A stretch of DNA of 64,000 nt from Callorhinchus milii (Eukaryota). Below are positions 49,194 through 60,716 of this stretch, piece by piece. The stretch is from the NCBI RefSeq assembly GCF_018977255.1, contig NW_024704742.1:29080001-29144000 (forward strand), written 5' to 3'. The number at the start of each line of letters is the position of its first letter. The stretch's first letter is position 1. Below the pieces are notes generated by a model. The model searched no databases. It had not been told where the DNA came from and saw nothing but the letters and a program-made list of their open reading frames with translations. A program made the translations under genes and the position numbers.

Positions 49194-51189
49194 AAGCCCT
49201 CTCCAAAGCCTCTCAGAACCTTTACTCTTTTCCTGCTGCAGCTTCCCCAAATGTTACAGCACTCATCCTTCCTCACAGAAGACTGGAACTTCTGCTAGCT
49301 TTGCTCTTATCTCTCATTCCACAGGTCTCTCCTGTACCTGCTGGCTGGAAGATATTGCTCCTGCTGCCCTTCCTGAGGCTCCTGCGCTCTGACCATTTTC
49401 AAGCCATGTTTAAAGCAAAATCTTGGAAAGCAGAGTACAAACCAAGCAGCACTTGATGCAATAGCCACGATGGGAATCAGTCTGGCACGTGGTACCTTCA
49501 TCCTTATCAAAACTGGCCCTGCCAGCTACCAATTGAAGTACTGATGAGAACGGGCTGCAGGAGTTGACAGCAAAAGGTATTTGAACTCAGTTTGCTTCCC
49601 CTGAACAACGTAATCCATATTCTGAAAGCATCCCAGGTATTCACATCATATCTCTATAAGCCCAAAGCAATCTTTTTACTCTCAGCTGGTGTGGTTAGCC
49701 CGGAGTCAAGGAGCAGAGAGGAAGTTGGCTATTTTTCTGCTCATACGCCTTCAGCAGAAACGTTGACTACAGCAGGGACAAGAACAAATTAGACTAGACT
49801 GGAGGTTTGATGAGCTAAAAAGTAACTAATAGACTAACATGCTTGGTGCGTTCAGTTTATTCACCTAGTGGATTTGGATTCAGTGCTGATGGTTAAATGG
49901 TAACTTGGGGGGTACGAGAGGGCTGGAAGCTGTTTTAGCGCAGTTGTAAATATTATACAGGGGTGAAAAGGGCAATTTATGATGTGATAGCCATTGCCGG
50001 AAACTACCAATTGTCAAACCAGCCGACAATTACATAACTCTGATTAAGTTAAGACAGTATCCAAGAAACACATTGAAAAACAGCAATAATATTGGTGATG
50101 CCTGGATACTGCAGTGGCTCAATCACTCTCCCAAAGTCATGGGGAGGTGAGTTTGCACTTAGTCAAAGGGATATGTTTTTCACAGGATTTTAAAGGCAGG
50201 GAGAGAAACAGGGAGGCAAAGGGATTATGGGGGGAGGTTATAGAGAGTGTGGGCAGAGTGGCTGAAGGCTCACTGTTGATGGGGTGAAGGACAAGCAGGA
50301 TAGCAAAATCTGAAGAGCAGGACAGCAGGAGAATAGAGTCAGGCTTGAGGTAGGGTGAAGAAACAAATAAGAAAACAATCTCAGGTATTAATGATCGGCA
50401 TGTGGTGTACTTCAATGAGGAAATTTTTGAACAGTTTAAACACACGGTTATCACAGGTAATGTGAAGGGGAAGTGAGCAACAACAAAAACATTGCATTTA
50501 TGTAGCGCCCTTCACACAGGATAGTGATGGTAATGAAAAGATTTGAACAGACTAATCTTTAGCACTGTGGTTGCTGAAATGAATAAATTTGATCTCCATT
50601 CATTAAGATTTGAAGTGTAGTTTTTGAGGTGCAAATATTTGTCAAATGCAATTCATGGAGATTTTGCAGCCATAATTTTATTCCAATTCTTCAAATAGAG
50701 TTTCTTCATTTCCTTCACAGGTGGAACACACAAATATTGCCTTTGTAACGTACTCCTGATGTGGAAGGAACTATATATATCTGCAATTTGTTGTTGTTGT
50801 TATTGATATTACCTTTGACGGCTATGGTCTTAATGCTTCTTCATCTATTGACAGTCACGGCCTCACTACCTCCACTGAATCCCAAATGGAACTCTTAACA
50901 TTAATTTCCTTTGGTAAAGCAACTTTCGAGAAGCAGTTTTCCTATCGTGCCAAATATTTCTTTCCCCCCTGTGACCGGTAGGGTCTAGTGGGGTCCATCA
51001 ATCAGGCAAGTCCTTTTGTCTTTGGCATTTAAGATCAAGGAAATGTTTGAAGCCATAATTAAATTGAATAGTGAATTAGTTAAAACGGTTTGGACTCATC
51101 TTTCTCCAGTTCAAAGGGACAAGCTATATCCGCAGCATCTCTATTATGCCATTTTTACATTGCAAGTTCATCTCAGGAGGTAAATTGTA

Positions 51190-51630
51190 ATGATAATAAT
51201 AATATTCTGTTCATTTGTTAAAATGCTTCATCACATTGTCGAAACGTCTCAAAGCACTTCACAGGATTTATTGTACAGTGTAGTGACTGTACATTTATAG
51301 GCAAAAATGACATCCAATTGGCGCACACCAATGTGCCACAAACAGCCAAGAGTGAATGACCAATTTTTATCTGGAAGATTGTTAGCCAGGATACCGGGAG
51401 AAAATCCCTTCTCTTTTTGAACAGTGCCATGGGAACTTTAAAGTCCACCTGAACAGGCAGATGGGGCCCCAGTTTAACATCTCATCTGAAGCACAGCAAC
51501 TCCAATAATGCATTACATCCCCAGCACTGCACTGGAGTGTCAGCCTAAGCTATGAGCACAACATGGGACTTGAACCCACAACTGCCTGACTCACATGTGA
51601 GAAAGCTACCAATTGAACCAGGCAGACACT
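51190..51630 (-). mobile_element. Deu-domain SINE (SacSINE1-like), near full length
   Basis: tRNA-like head (minus GTGGGTTCAAGTCCC), GCTGACACTCCAGTGCAGTGCTG, Deu core and L2-like tail. Confidence 0.85.
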
Positions 51631-51904
51631 TAGTGTTGCACAATGCCTCTGGATCTCTCATTTCCTCGGCCAGCACATGATCCAATTCAATAGTGAAAAA
51701 ATTGTGGATTTAGAGTTATTTGACCCGACAGCATTCCACACATGCACTGGCATCTCCACACCATTGTGTAAGACGTCAAGGCATTCACAAATACAAGAAC
51801 TGCCATTCGGATTTTATTGTTGTTGTTATCCCCACAACCCAAATTACGGTTGTGGAATATGGGGAAAAAAAGACAATATTCACTGGTCTCCCAATTGGGG
51901 CAAG

Positions 51905-53550
51905 CTAGGTAGGGGACATGAAGCAGGCGGAACCCGCTGAGCGGAGAGAGCGAGCAGGATGATAGAGGGTTAGGAGGACGCAGAGGTAGAGGGGAGCAAG
52001 ACCATGGAGGGCTTTGAAAGTGAGGACCAGATCTTGAAATGTATCCTCTGTAGGCTCGATTACGGAAACTTCCTCCTCATCGGTCTTCCCAACTCTTCCC
52101 TTCACAAGCTGCAGATCATCCAAAACTCTGCAGCTCATGTACTCCCGCGCACCATGCTCCGTGACCCCATTACTCCCATCCTCGCCCGACTCCACTGGTT
52201 CCCCATCACTCAGAGGATCAAATTCAAGATTCTCGTCCTCACTTTCAAAGCCATCCATGGCCTTTACCCCTCCTACCTCTCTGAGCTGCTGACTCCCTAC
52301 CAACCTGACCGCTCCCTCCATTCAACAGGTTGCGGTCTGCTCCATGTCTTCCGCCCGACTCGCCCTACCATCGGTGGCCGGGCTTTCAGCCTCTCTGATC
52401 CCACATTCTGGAACTCCATCCCACAGTCCCTTTGTCTCACTTCCTCCCTTAACTCCTTCAAGGCCGGTCTAAAGACCCTTCTTTTCGATTGTGCCTTCGG
52501 TCGCCCTCCCACCTCGCTGGCTACCCTCACCCATACCCCACCCCTCCCCCATGCTCAGGTCCCAACCCCTGACTGTCTAGGGCTTTGGGACGTCCTCCCG
52601 ACATGAAAGGCACTCTATAAATATAATTTTGTTGTTGTCATTGTCTCTGTATGATGGGAAGCCAGTGGAATTGGGTGAGGATGGGGTGATAGGGTCACGG
52701 AGCCTGGTGTGGGAGAGGACATGGGCTGCAGGGTTGTGGATGATCTGCAGCCTATAGAGGGAGGAGTTGGGGAGGCCGACAAGCAACGAACTTGCATAGT
52801 CAAGCCTTGATGTAATGAAAGGATATATGAGGGCTTCGGCAGCCTGAGGTGTGAGACGGTGGCGCAGTCGGGCGATGTTGCAGAGGTGGGTGAAGGCAGA
52901 ATGGGTCATGGTGCAGATGTGGAGCAGAAAGGATAGTTGAAGGCCAAACCAGATGCAAAGGTTCTGGAATGGCTTAGTAAGGTGGAGTGTGCAACCATGG
53001 ATGGTGATGCTGTCAGTGCCTGAGGTGAGGAGGCGCTGAACGGAGCCAATCAGGAGAGCCTCAGTCTTGTTGACGTTCATCTGAAGAAAATTAACTCTCA
53101 TCCAGGACTTGATGTCTGACAGACACTCTATCAGGACAGCAGTGGTCATGGAGTCAAGGAAGTTGACCACATGTATGCGGATGATGTCACCAAGGGGGAC
53201 CATATAGATATTGAAGAGGAGGGGACCAAGAACAGAGCCCTGAGGAATGCCACACGAGACAGTACGGGGGCTAGAGGAGAAACCGTTTGTGGAGATGAAG
53301 TGGAGACAATGTGAGAGGTACAATCTGAACCAGTCAAGGACAGAGCCATGAAGGGTGAGGTGAGAGGAGAGATGGTGGATGACGACGGTGTCGAAGGCTG
53401 CAGAGTGGTCAGGGAGGACGAGGAGGCAGTGGGAGCCCTGGTCGCAAATGGATAGAATGTCATTTGTTACTTTGACCGGGGCTGTTTCTGTGCTGTGGGC
53501 GGCACGGAAACCCAATTGGAGGGGCTCATGAAGGGAATGGCGGGACATTA
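51905..53550 (-). mobile_element. L2 LINE host copy (51905-52052 plus 52645-53550), RT pseudogene
   Basis: ORF 52577-53548: [36 protein letters not shown]; the YADD motif is deleted. Confidence 0.9.
52053..52644 (+). mobile_element. L2 LINE 3' fragment inserted antisense into another L2
   Basis: RLDYGNFLL..WFPITQRIKFK..WNSIP, (GTT)n tail, TSD CTCTGTA at 52046-52052 and 52645-52651. Confidence 0.9.
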
Positions 53551-54866
53551 CAGAGTTGCACCTTTATAAACTAATGTAAAGGAACCCCTTGTAAACTGTA
53601 ACCCCTTTAAGAAAAACAATTGCTTGCCCTTTAATAAGAAGATTCCCCATATTCATGGGCTAAAATCCTGTGCCCATGCAAAGTGAATTTCTCTGCTGTG
53701 AGGGAAATTTCATTTGGTGCAACATGCCTCTTTGACCTTCTCAAGGGCATGCAACGCTAGGTAAACCCAAGTGTTTTTATGGCTTTAGCAACCTCCTGAC
53801 CTGTTGAGAGGTATGCGTTATCCTTATTGAACTCTACCCTACCAAGATCTGTCAAGGTCAGTTTGTTTGGGCCACCAGCAGAAATTTCAACCTTGGTCTC
53901 TGGTCAAGGCAAAGAGACTTTGACGGAGAACTGCAGTCTCCTTTGCTCTCTCCACTGCTCATCCTCAACTGAAATACCTTTCAACTCCACCATATCATTT
54001 GCTTGCAACTAATTAGACATTGGGGATTAATTTATCCAGATTACTAAATATCCCATTATGGGGCTGTAGTGAAACAAAATTGCTATTATTAGCACAGCGT
54101 CAGCTAACTCCCATTATTCAAAGATTTTTTCAAGGATTTTACCACTAATGGTCTGTGAGGAGTTGTTTAACAGAACTCTGCAATGTTTATGGGAGAAAAT
54201 GATAAGGATTTTAGCTTGTGGTTGCTGCAGCTTGTCATCTCAGCCTCTTTATCGGGAAGACAATTACTATATTAGGGTATAATGTGGGGTAATGCAAATG
54301 TGAAATTTTCCTGTAACTGAAACATATCACATCAACCGATGGGAAATTCACTGATATGATCTCTTTCTGGAGCACAGTTTCCATAGCTCTACAGGAATTC
54401 TTATTAAGGAATCTCGTACAGAAATACTGCAATTCGGACCCTGTTTGTCTACAACATATGCAGGCACTACAGTTTACAGAAATCCTGTTAACCTTTTCAA
54501 GACATCATCCTGAAGTAAAAGGCGCTATATCAATTGCAAGGATTATTTTTCATTTAGTATTTATTAAGGATGAGGATTCATCGAAGAGCAAAGGAAAAAC
54601 AGCAAAGCAGGAAATGAGCACCATTGCACGAGTGCAGACCAATCCTGCAAAGACTCCTCAACACTTTGTGATTGTCTTTGCACACAATCATCAAAATCTG
54701 TGGAAGACATATTATTTCTCTATATATTACTACGAAGATGTGTAATTTATTATTACTATGAAGACGTTATTTCTCTATCTTTCAGATGGGAGTTTAATTA
54801 GTGGTATTTCTTTATGGGATGCCTTAATGTTATTCTACCCCATAAAACCTTTTATTTGTGTTACAT

Positions 54867-55065
54867 TGCCAACCTACGCCTAATACTTTCCAGAATTAGG
54901 TAAGCAAGATGCATCCCTCCAGGGAGAGAAGAAAGTGTCCCTTCCATTCCAACAATCGATCTCCGTGTAGGTGGGATACATGGAATTCTCGGTTTGGTTT
55001 CTGTACTCTGATGCATGGTGATGGGTTTCCTCATGTGTCAGATACCTGGCTGATCCTCCAAAAAA
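54867..55065 (+). mobile_element. Unclassified structured retroposon, 3' third
   Basis: CCTAATACTTTCCAGAATTAGGTAAGC..GCATGGTGATGGG..CAGATACCTGGCTG, then an A-run. Confidence 0.75.
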
Positions 55066-57489
55066 TTGTGTTACATTTCTGCAATCCAGAACATCTGACC
55101 ATTTACAGCTCATCTCTCTCGCCTGCCAGTTTTTTTTCCATCAGTAAGTTCCTTTATTTTATACCCATTAGAAAAGAACAGATGTGCAAGAGTTTATTAC
55201 TGTATAAGGCAGTCACACATGTTAGAGTTTAGGTAACCGAAAAACCTGAGTAACAAATCTAAGTTTATATAGTATCAATGGAATTCCTTGAGGCACTTGT
55301 CCCCAATAAAACAGTTACAAGTTATTGCTTGTTCTCTATCCTGTGAAAACGCTGCTGTGGTGAATATCAATCTTGCCAATTTGTTCAGTTATAATGACTG
55401 TGCCATTATTCTGAGGAGCCCAGGGAATGAGAGGCAACACGGTTTGCCAATGCCACAAAAGTATTCTTTGACATGATCGTTACTTTAATTTTCACTGCAT
55501 TGAAATAACTGTGCAGCAGGCAGTAAAACAAAGAGGCTGACAGAGAGCGAATTGAAAAATACTCTCAGAATCATTGTGTGCATGTGCCAGAGTGACATTG
55601 AAACAAAATTAATGATTCCAGGGACCACTTTTGATTTACTGATTGAAATTCAATTTTTGTACACAATTTGATTGTTCTAAATTAGTTGGGTGGGCAGTAG
55701 TCTAGCCGAAATAGCTCAATTTGAGCAAAACAATTTCAAACTACCTCAGGTGTTAGATTGTTACAAAGATTGAGTTGAATCACTTTCTGCCCGAGTTGTT
55801 CATAGATGGCACTGATCCAGATTAATCAGAAAGAAAATACCGGGGAAGGATTTTTTTTAACGTGAGGGCGAGCCATAAACCTTAACCCAGCTTTTCCCAT
55901 TAAGTGAAGCCCTTTAACAATGAGGCCCTCTTGGTTGCTCAGGAACAGTTTTTGTTTTTAGACAAAGGACCTCAGAGGTGAAAAGTAATGCCGAATTTTC
56001 ACAGCTTTGAGCCGGTGCTAAAGGGATTGTTTGAGTTGTCCAAATAATGCTCTCCCTCCTCTTTGAAATCCTTGGCTTCATTATTAAAACAGTGGATGCC
56101 AAAGATAAACACATTTCTTTTTGTTCAGTAGATTACAGCACGAAGCTTGGAATAACACTTAGTCGCCAATGTCAAAGTAATTTGAAAACTGCAGACTTTT
56201 CAAGCAGGTCTGGAATGCAGTAGGAAAATGCTATTTATTTGCTAATTTTAGCTAGCTTAAATCAGAAATGATGGATAACACAGAGCCTGCTTAGCCCATT
56301 AAATCTTTCAAAGTTCTCCAAATGTGCTTTCCCTTATCAAACCAAGAGCTTACACAGTTCACAGTTCTTAAATGGACATGATTCTTAAAGGGACACAAGC
56401 ACTTTAAGACGTCCTCCTGACATCAAGGGCACTACATCAATGTAAATTATATTGTATTCTTCAGAAAAATGTGTCTGGGAAGGATTTTTGAGAGCTGGGG
56501 AAGAAACAGAAAGGCAGTGTATAATTTCCCAAACCGTGGAAAGAACAGTGTAGACACAATTTAAGTCACAGTATTATGCATTTGGAAATATATAATGAAA
56601 GATTATCAAAACCATTTACATGAAGGAAGTGCTTCTTATACCCTGGGTGGGTCTGCTTTTTGAGCATTTCGGTAAGGGGTTTTTCAAAAGTATCCTGGTA
56701 ATCCAGGTAGGTTCATGATAACCCAAGACAGACACAAATGTAGAAGTATCCTCAAGTCTGCGAGCTAAAGCCCTAACAGGGTAGAACAGTCCTAGCTGGG
56801 CAAGTGCTGCACCTATTGCATTCTAACAGACTTTGCCATCTCATTGACATCATTGACACAATGTTTCCACATACACCAAAGCAGCAGAACAAGGTTTAGG
56901 GTTGCAGAAGGTATTTTCAGGACAGACACCAAGAAGTATTTATTTTTACAAAGAGGAATGATCAGCTGGAATGGGTTACCAGGAAGAGACCAGACTGCTG
57001 GACTTGTTTAAGAAACAGCTTGACATTATATAAGGGAAGAATAGTAGGTCTGATATGCTAGAAAGATGAAATGAAATGGAACCTATAGAGTTCAATACTT
57101 GGGAGAATCGGCCACAAGTGGCTACTCAAACCCTGACAAACATTTTGCGCACCAAGAAAAGTGTGCAAAGTGTTAGAAATGTTGTAATCTAAGCTTTCTC
57201 AATCGAGTTTTCCATTTTACAATAGTTTATTCATTTTGATTCATGTACATTTTACCTGTGCCGTAGGGCCCTCAACAATCAGTGCCACATGTGTGAATGG
57301 TTAAACTGTCATATTTTGCGAAGGCATTTTAAACATTGACTTGTGTTTATTTTTAAGAGAAAATAACATCAAAGTGGTCTCATTTCCAATCCTAACTTGA
57401 CTGTGTAAAACTGACAGTAACAAAAAACAGCCCTTTCCCATAGCACTATATCTCCAATAATTGAGCCCAGACCTGTTGGTCTGTGAGGG

Positions 57490-57615
57490 CTGGCACTAGG
57501 TTAGCACAGTGGCCTTTCACCTTTGAATCCTAGATTGAAATTCAACCCAGACCAATGGGACAAACATTCCCTATGTCTGTCTCTGGCTGCAAAGAGTCCC
57601 ATGCGAAATAAGTTG
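57490..57615 (+). mobile_element. Ancient SINE head, LF-SINE-like
   Basis: GCCTTTCACCT..AAATTCAACCCAG..TGGCTG..CCCATGCGAAATAAGTT resembles my recollection of the LF-SINE 5' part; not searched. Confidence 0.4.
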
Positions 57616-57719
57616 CCTTGAAATTATGATGCCTTGAGATCATGGACCTGCACCCGTCACTAACCTCGGCTGATATGCCCAACGTCAGGAGGTTCCTCAA
57701 GCCACAATCTGAAAATGTT

Positions 57720-57885
57720 AAATCCTGCCATTTGATATAGAGCCTTGTTATGCCTTTGAGACGTCTCAAAGTGCTTCACAGAATATATTGTAAAGTGGAT
57801 TGACTTATACTTGTGGGCCAAATGCGGCAGCCAATTGCGAACAGCAGTGTCCCCACAAAACAATCATAGATTAAGTGACCCAATG
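57720..57885 (-). mobile_element. SINE 3' part
   Basis: Family tail and body. Confidence 0.8.
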
Positions 57886-58010
57886 ATTTGGGGGTAGGAG
57901 GAATTATTATTATAATATTATTCAGTTGCTGGTTAGTGATTATCAGCTATTTATTAAAAACAAAATATTCAGAACAGCTGGTATTTTTCTATCCAAATAA
58001 TCCTAACCCT

Positions 58011-58090
58011 ATATATTAAATATACAATAATATAATAATAATATATTATATTATTATAATATATTATATTATTATTGTTATTATAAATAT
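58011..58090. repeat. AT-rich low-complexity quasi-palindrome
   Basis: ACAATAATATAATAATAATATATTATA..TATAATATATTATATTATTATTGT. Confidence 0.8.
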
Positions 58091-58574
58091 ATCACTAAAT
58101 TGACCCTATTAATACAGTAGAGAGGCTTTCTTCTGAAGCTGAGGTCTGAAGAACATCTAGCCATTGGATACATACACTGCACAGTGCTTTGTTTATTAAT
58201 TTTTAGGCTCAGAGGGTTTAAGAAGATGCCTACATGTGCCAGGTGCTGGCTTTTTTTTCCTGGTGAGTCTCCTTGGAGCCTCCTCAGCCCCAGAGAGACT
58301 ATTCTAATCTTAAAGGAATCAACAATCAGCTGAATTGAATTTTCGTGTAAAAAATGAAATGGTTTCCTGTCATAAGTGCACGTGGTACCTTGCTCTAAAG
58401 TTAGCCGAGTGACTGCTCTGGCCAGTGTAAATTCAACTGTTTTCACCTTATATACGTGTGAATGTATTATGTATAATACTTTCCTTTTATATATGTGAAT
58501 GCATTCAATATTAAAATGAATAACAGACCAGCTCATCAGATCATCAGGATTTGAAGGAGCAGATTGGAGGTGTG

Positions 58575-58920
58575 GATTCTTCCCACTCGTGTCAAATTAA
58601 TTCTGCAAGTCAGGGTGAGGTAGAGTAGTCCTAGTTGGAAAGTCCCAGTAAGAAGTTTGCCACTCAGCAATTCCTGCTTGGTTTTAATTAGTTAAACTAC
58701 AGCAAAACCATCAACACATACTCTGGGATCTCCAAGCTCTGGCTCTTTCTAACCTCCAGCTAAACATTTCAGGATTAGATGAGAAGCATGCGTCTCTCTG
58801 GAGAGAGAGTGCACACTTCATTCCAGACAAACAGAAATTTCTAAGCACATGTGGAACGCTCAGTCCAGTTTGGATATTCTCAAGCATGGCAATAGGACTC
58901 CGTATGTGTCAGATACATAC
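58575..58920 (+). mobile_element. Unclassified structured retroposon, old 5'-truncated copy
   Basis: GGATCTCCAAGCTCTGGC..GAGAGAGTGCAC..AAGCATGG..GTGTCAGATAC. Confidence 0.65.
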
Positions 58921-59423
58921 ACAAGTGACAAAATAAACCACAAAAAAATAACCTTACCATTTATTCTGTGACTTTCTTTCCCTCAAAGATTAACTCCCTG
59001 GTATTCTGAAATGAGAAATCTATAAAATTAGCTTGAATGGGCGCATTTACATGTGTGCGTGTGTGTGCAGCACTCTGCCTCACTGACACTGGCAATATGC
59101 TAATTTACCACTTATTTCATTTTCAGTTGATGACAATGTTCAGCTCGTTGGAATTGGTGGGTCAGACAGAGCTCTGTGTTGTATTTGCTTCCATTGATGT
59201 TACCCAAGAATTTGATTAATCTCATTGCTTTTCTATCTCTGAACACTTAAAATTTAACTTGGGTGTTTTAACGCAGGAGGGGGCGGGGAAGCTGATTGCT
59301 AACCCTTGTCTCACAATAATTTGTTGATATTATTCCGCTTACTGGCCTGAAATCTGACTGTTGTAGTGAACTGGTGTTAACCCTCTCAGAACCAAAGGGT
59401 TTTGTTTCCGACAAAGCTTCCAT

Positions 59424-59661
59424 GGCCTAAAATTTCACCTAGTCTTAGCCTGGTTGAGACCATTTTGTCCTCAAATCTAAGACTTCCCAGAATTGCGGAA
59501 ATCTCTTAAATCCATTTTAATGTGGAAGCTGATATTCTGCAGTTCTTGAATAGAACCGACTTGCAAATCAAGGTTGAATTGAACGGTTTTCCACAATCCT
59601 TAAATTTTAAAGGCAAAATGGTTTTAAACAAGCTAAGTAAGACTAGGTGAAATTTCAGTTC
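59424..59661. mobile_element. Palindromic MITE, possibly Harbinger-like
   Basis: Perfect 18-bp inverted repeat AAATTTCACCTAGTCTTA (59430-59447 and 59638-59655); imperfect symmetry continues to the centre. Confidence 0.7.
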
Positions 59662-60135
59662 ACACATATTTTCATGACACGGGAGATAATGGGATCCGCC
59701 AATGCTTTTGTAACAAACTATTACAAGCATAAGGAGAAGTCCTGCGGCGTCACATGTTGTTCTCTTGGGAGAGGGCCTTGACTCTTTCGCATTACTGTGT
59801 TTCAGAGAAGTGGTGGACAGAGCTAAATAGAACAAAGCAGGGTACAGAGATACCGGGAAGTCAAGATATTAATCAGTGCATGTCATGTCACAAATCACAT
59901 TGAAATTTAGCTCAGCCACACACAGATTCAGATCTCTCAGAGCAGACTCTTTACAACAACTGACGGAGTAATGTAACTTCACTCAAATCAAGAATTCTGC
60001 TTCATCTCTATTCCTTTTGTCAGTTACCTGCATGCGATTATTGGCAGGAAAATTAATTATTTTGCAATAGCATACATGTTTTTCACCAAGAAGGGAGTTT
60101 CTCCCGGTGACTTGGCCAAACAGATAAAATTGGTT

Positions 60136-60379
60136 ACAAAAATAGAAGTCACTGGGAACACTCAGCAGATCAGGCAGCATCTATGGAGAAAGGAAAGTGA
60201 GTCAACGTTTCGGGTCCAGAACCCATCATTCGGAACAAAGGGTTCTGATGAAGGGCCGTGGACCCGAAACATTGAACTCACTTTCCTTTCTCCATAGATG
60301 CTGCCTGATCTGCTGAGTGTTCCCAGCGTCTTCTGTTTTTGTTTCTGATTTCCAGCATCTGCAGTATTTTGCGTTTTGT
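60136..60379. mobile_element. Palindromic non-autonomous element (Penelope pseudo-LTR-like) with hammerhead ribozyme motifs
   Basis: Perfect 51-bp arms at 60152-60202 and 60276-60326; 14-bp TSD AGATAAAATTGGTT; CTGATGA..GAAAC core. Confidence 0.8.
60241..60279 (+). ncRNA. Minimal type I hammerhead ribozyme motif, probably inactivated
   Basis: GGTT-CTGATGA-A-GGG(CCGTGGA)CCC-GAAA-CATT-GAACTC; GAAACATT is a CpG-decay form of the GAAACGTT kept on the opposite arm. Confidence 0.6.
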
Positions 60380-60547
60380 AGATAAAATTGGTTGTTCACT
60401 TCATGGCTGTTTGTGGGATATTGCTGTGCGCAAAACAGTTGCTGCATTTGCCTACAAAACTGACAAACACTACACTTTACAATAAATCCTGTGAAGGTCT
60501 TTCGACATTGTGATAAGGTGCTATATCAAATTATTATTTTCATTATC

Positions 60548-60716
60548 AACAACAACAATAAATTGCATTTATATAGCGTCTTACATGTCAGGATGACATT
60601 CCAAGGCGCTGGACAGTCAAGGGTTTGCACCTGAGCTGACGGTTGGAATCAAGAGGGGTGGACGGCAAGGAGGATGGGGAGTAGGAGTTGGGAGGATGAC
60701 TGAAGGCGCAGTCAAA
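60548..60716 (-). mobile_element. L2 3' end
   Basis: AACAACAAC..GCATTTATATAGCG..CCAAGGCGCTGGACAGTC on +. Confidence 0.75.

Larger units (their letters stand above)
60080..60535 (+). mobile_element. Deu-domain SINE host, split by the palindromic element
   Basis: AGAAGGGAGTTTCTCCC..GGCCAA before the insert and GGCTGTTTGTGGGA..GGTGCTATATC after it. Confidence 0.75.

Noticed and set aside
52577..53548. 323-aa ORF as a functional or domesticated reverse transcriptase
   Set aside because: It is an L2 ORF2 fragment with the [10 protein letters not shown] segment deleted (reads VVNF-LDSM) and it runs into an antisense L2 insertion.
58081..58536. 151-aa minus-strand ORF as a single-exon gene
   Set aside because: No recognisable domain, AT-rich low-complexity ends, and a length compatible with chance.
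59801..59824. REST/RE1 site TTCAGAGAAGTGGTGGACAGAGCT
   Set aside because: Only the right half (GGACAG) fits; the left half lacks CAGCACC.
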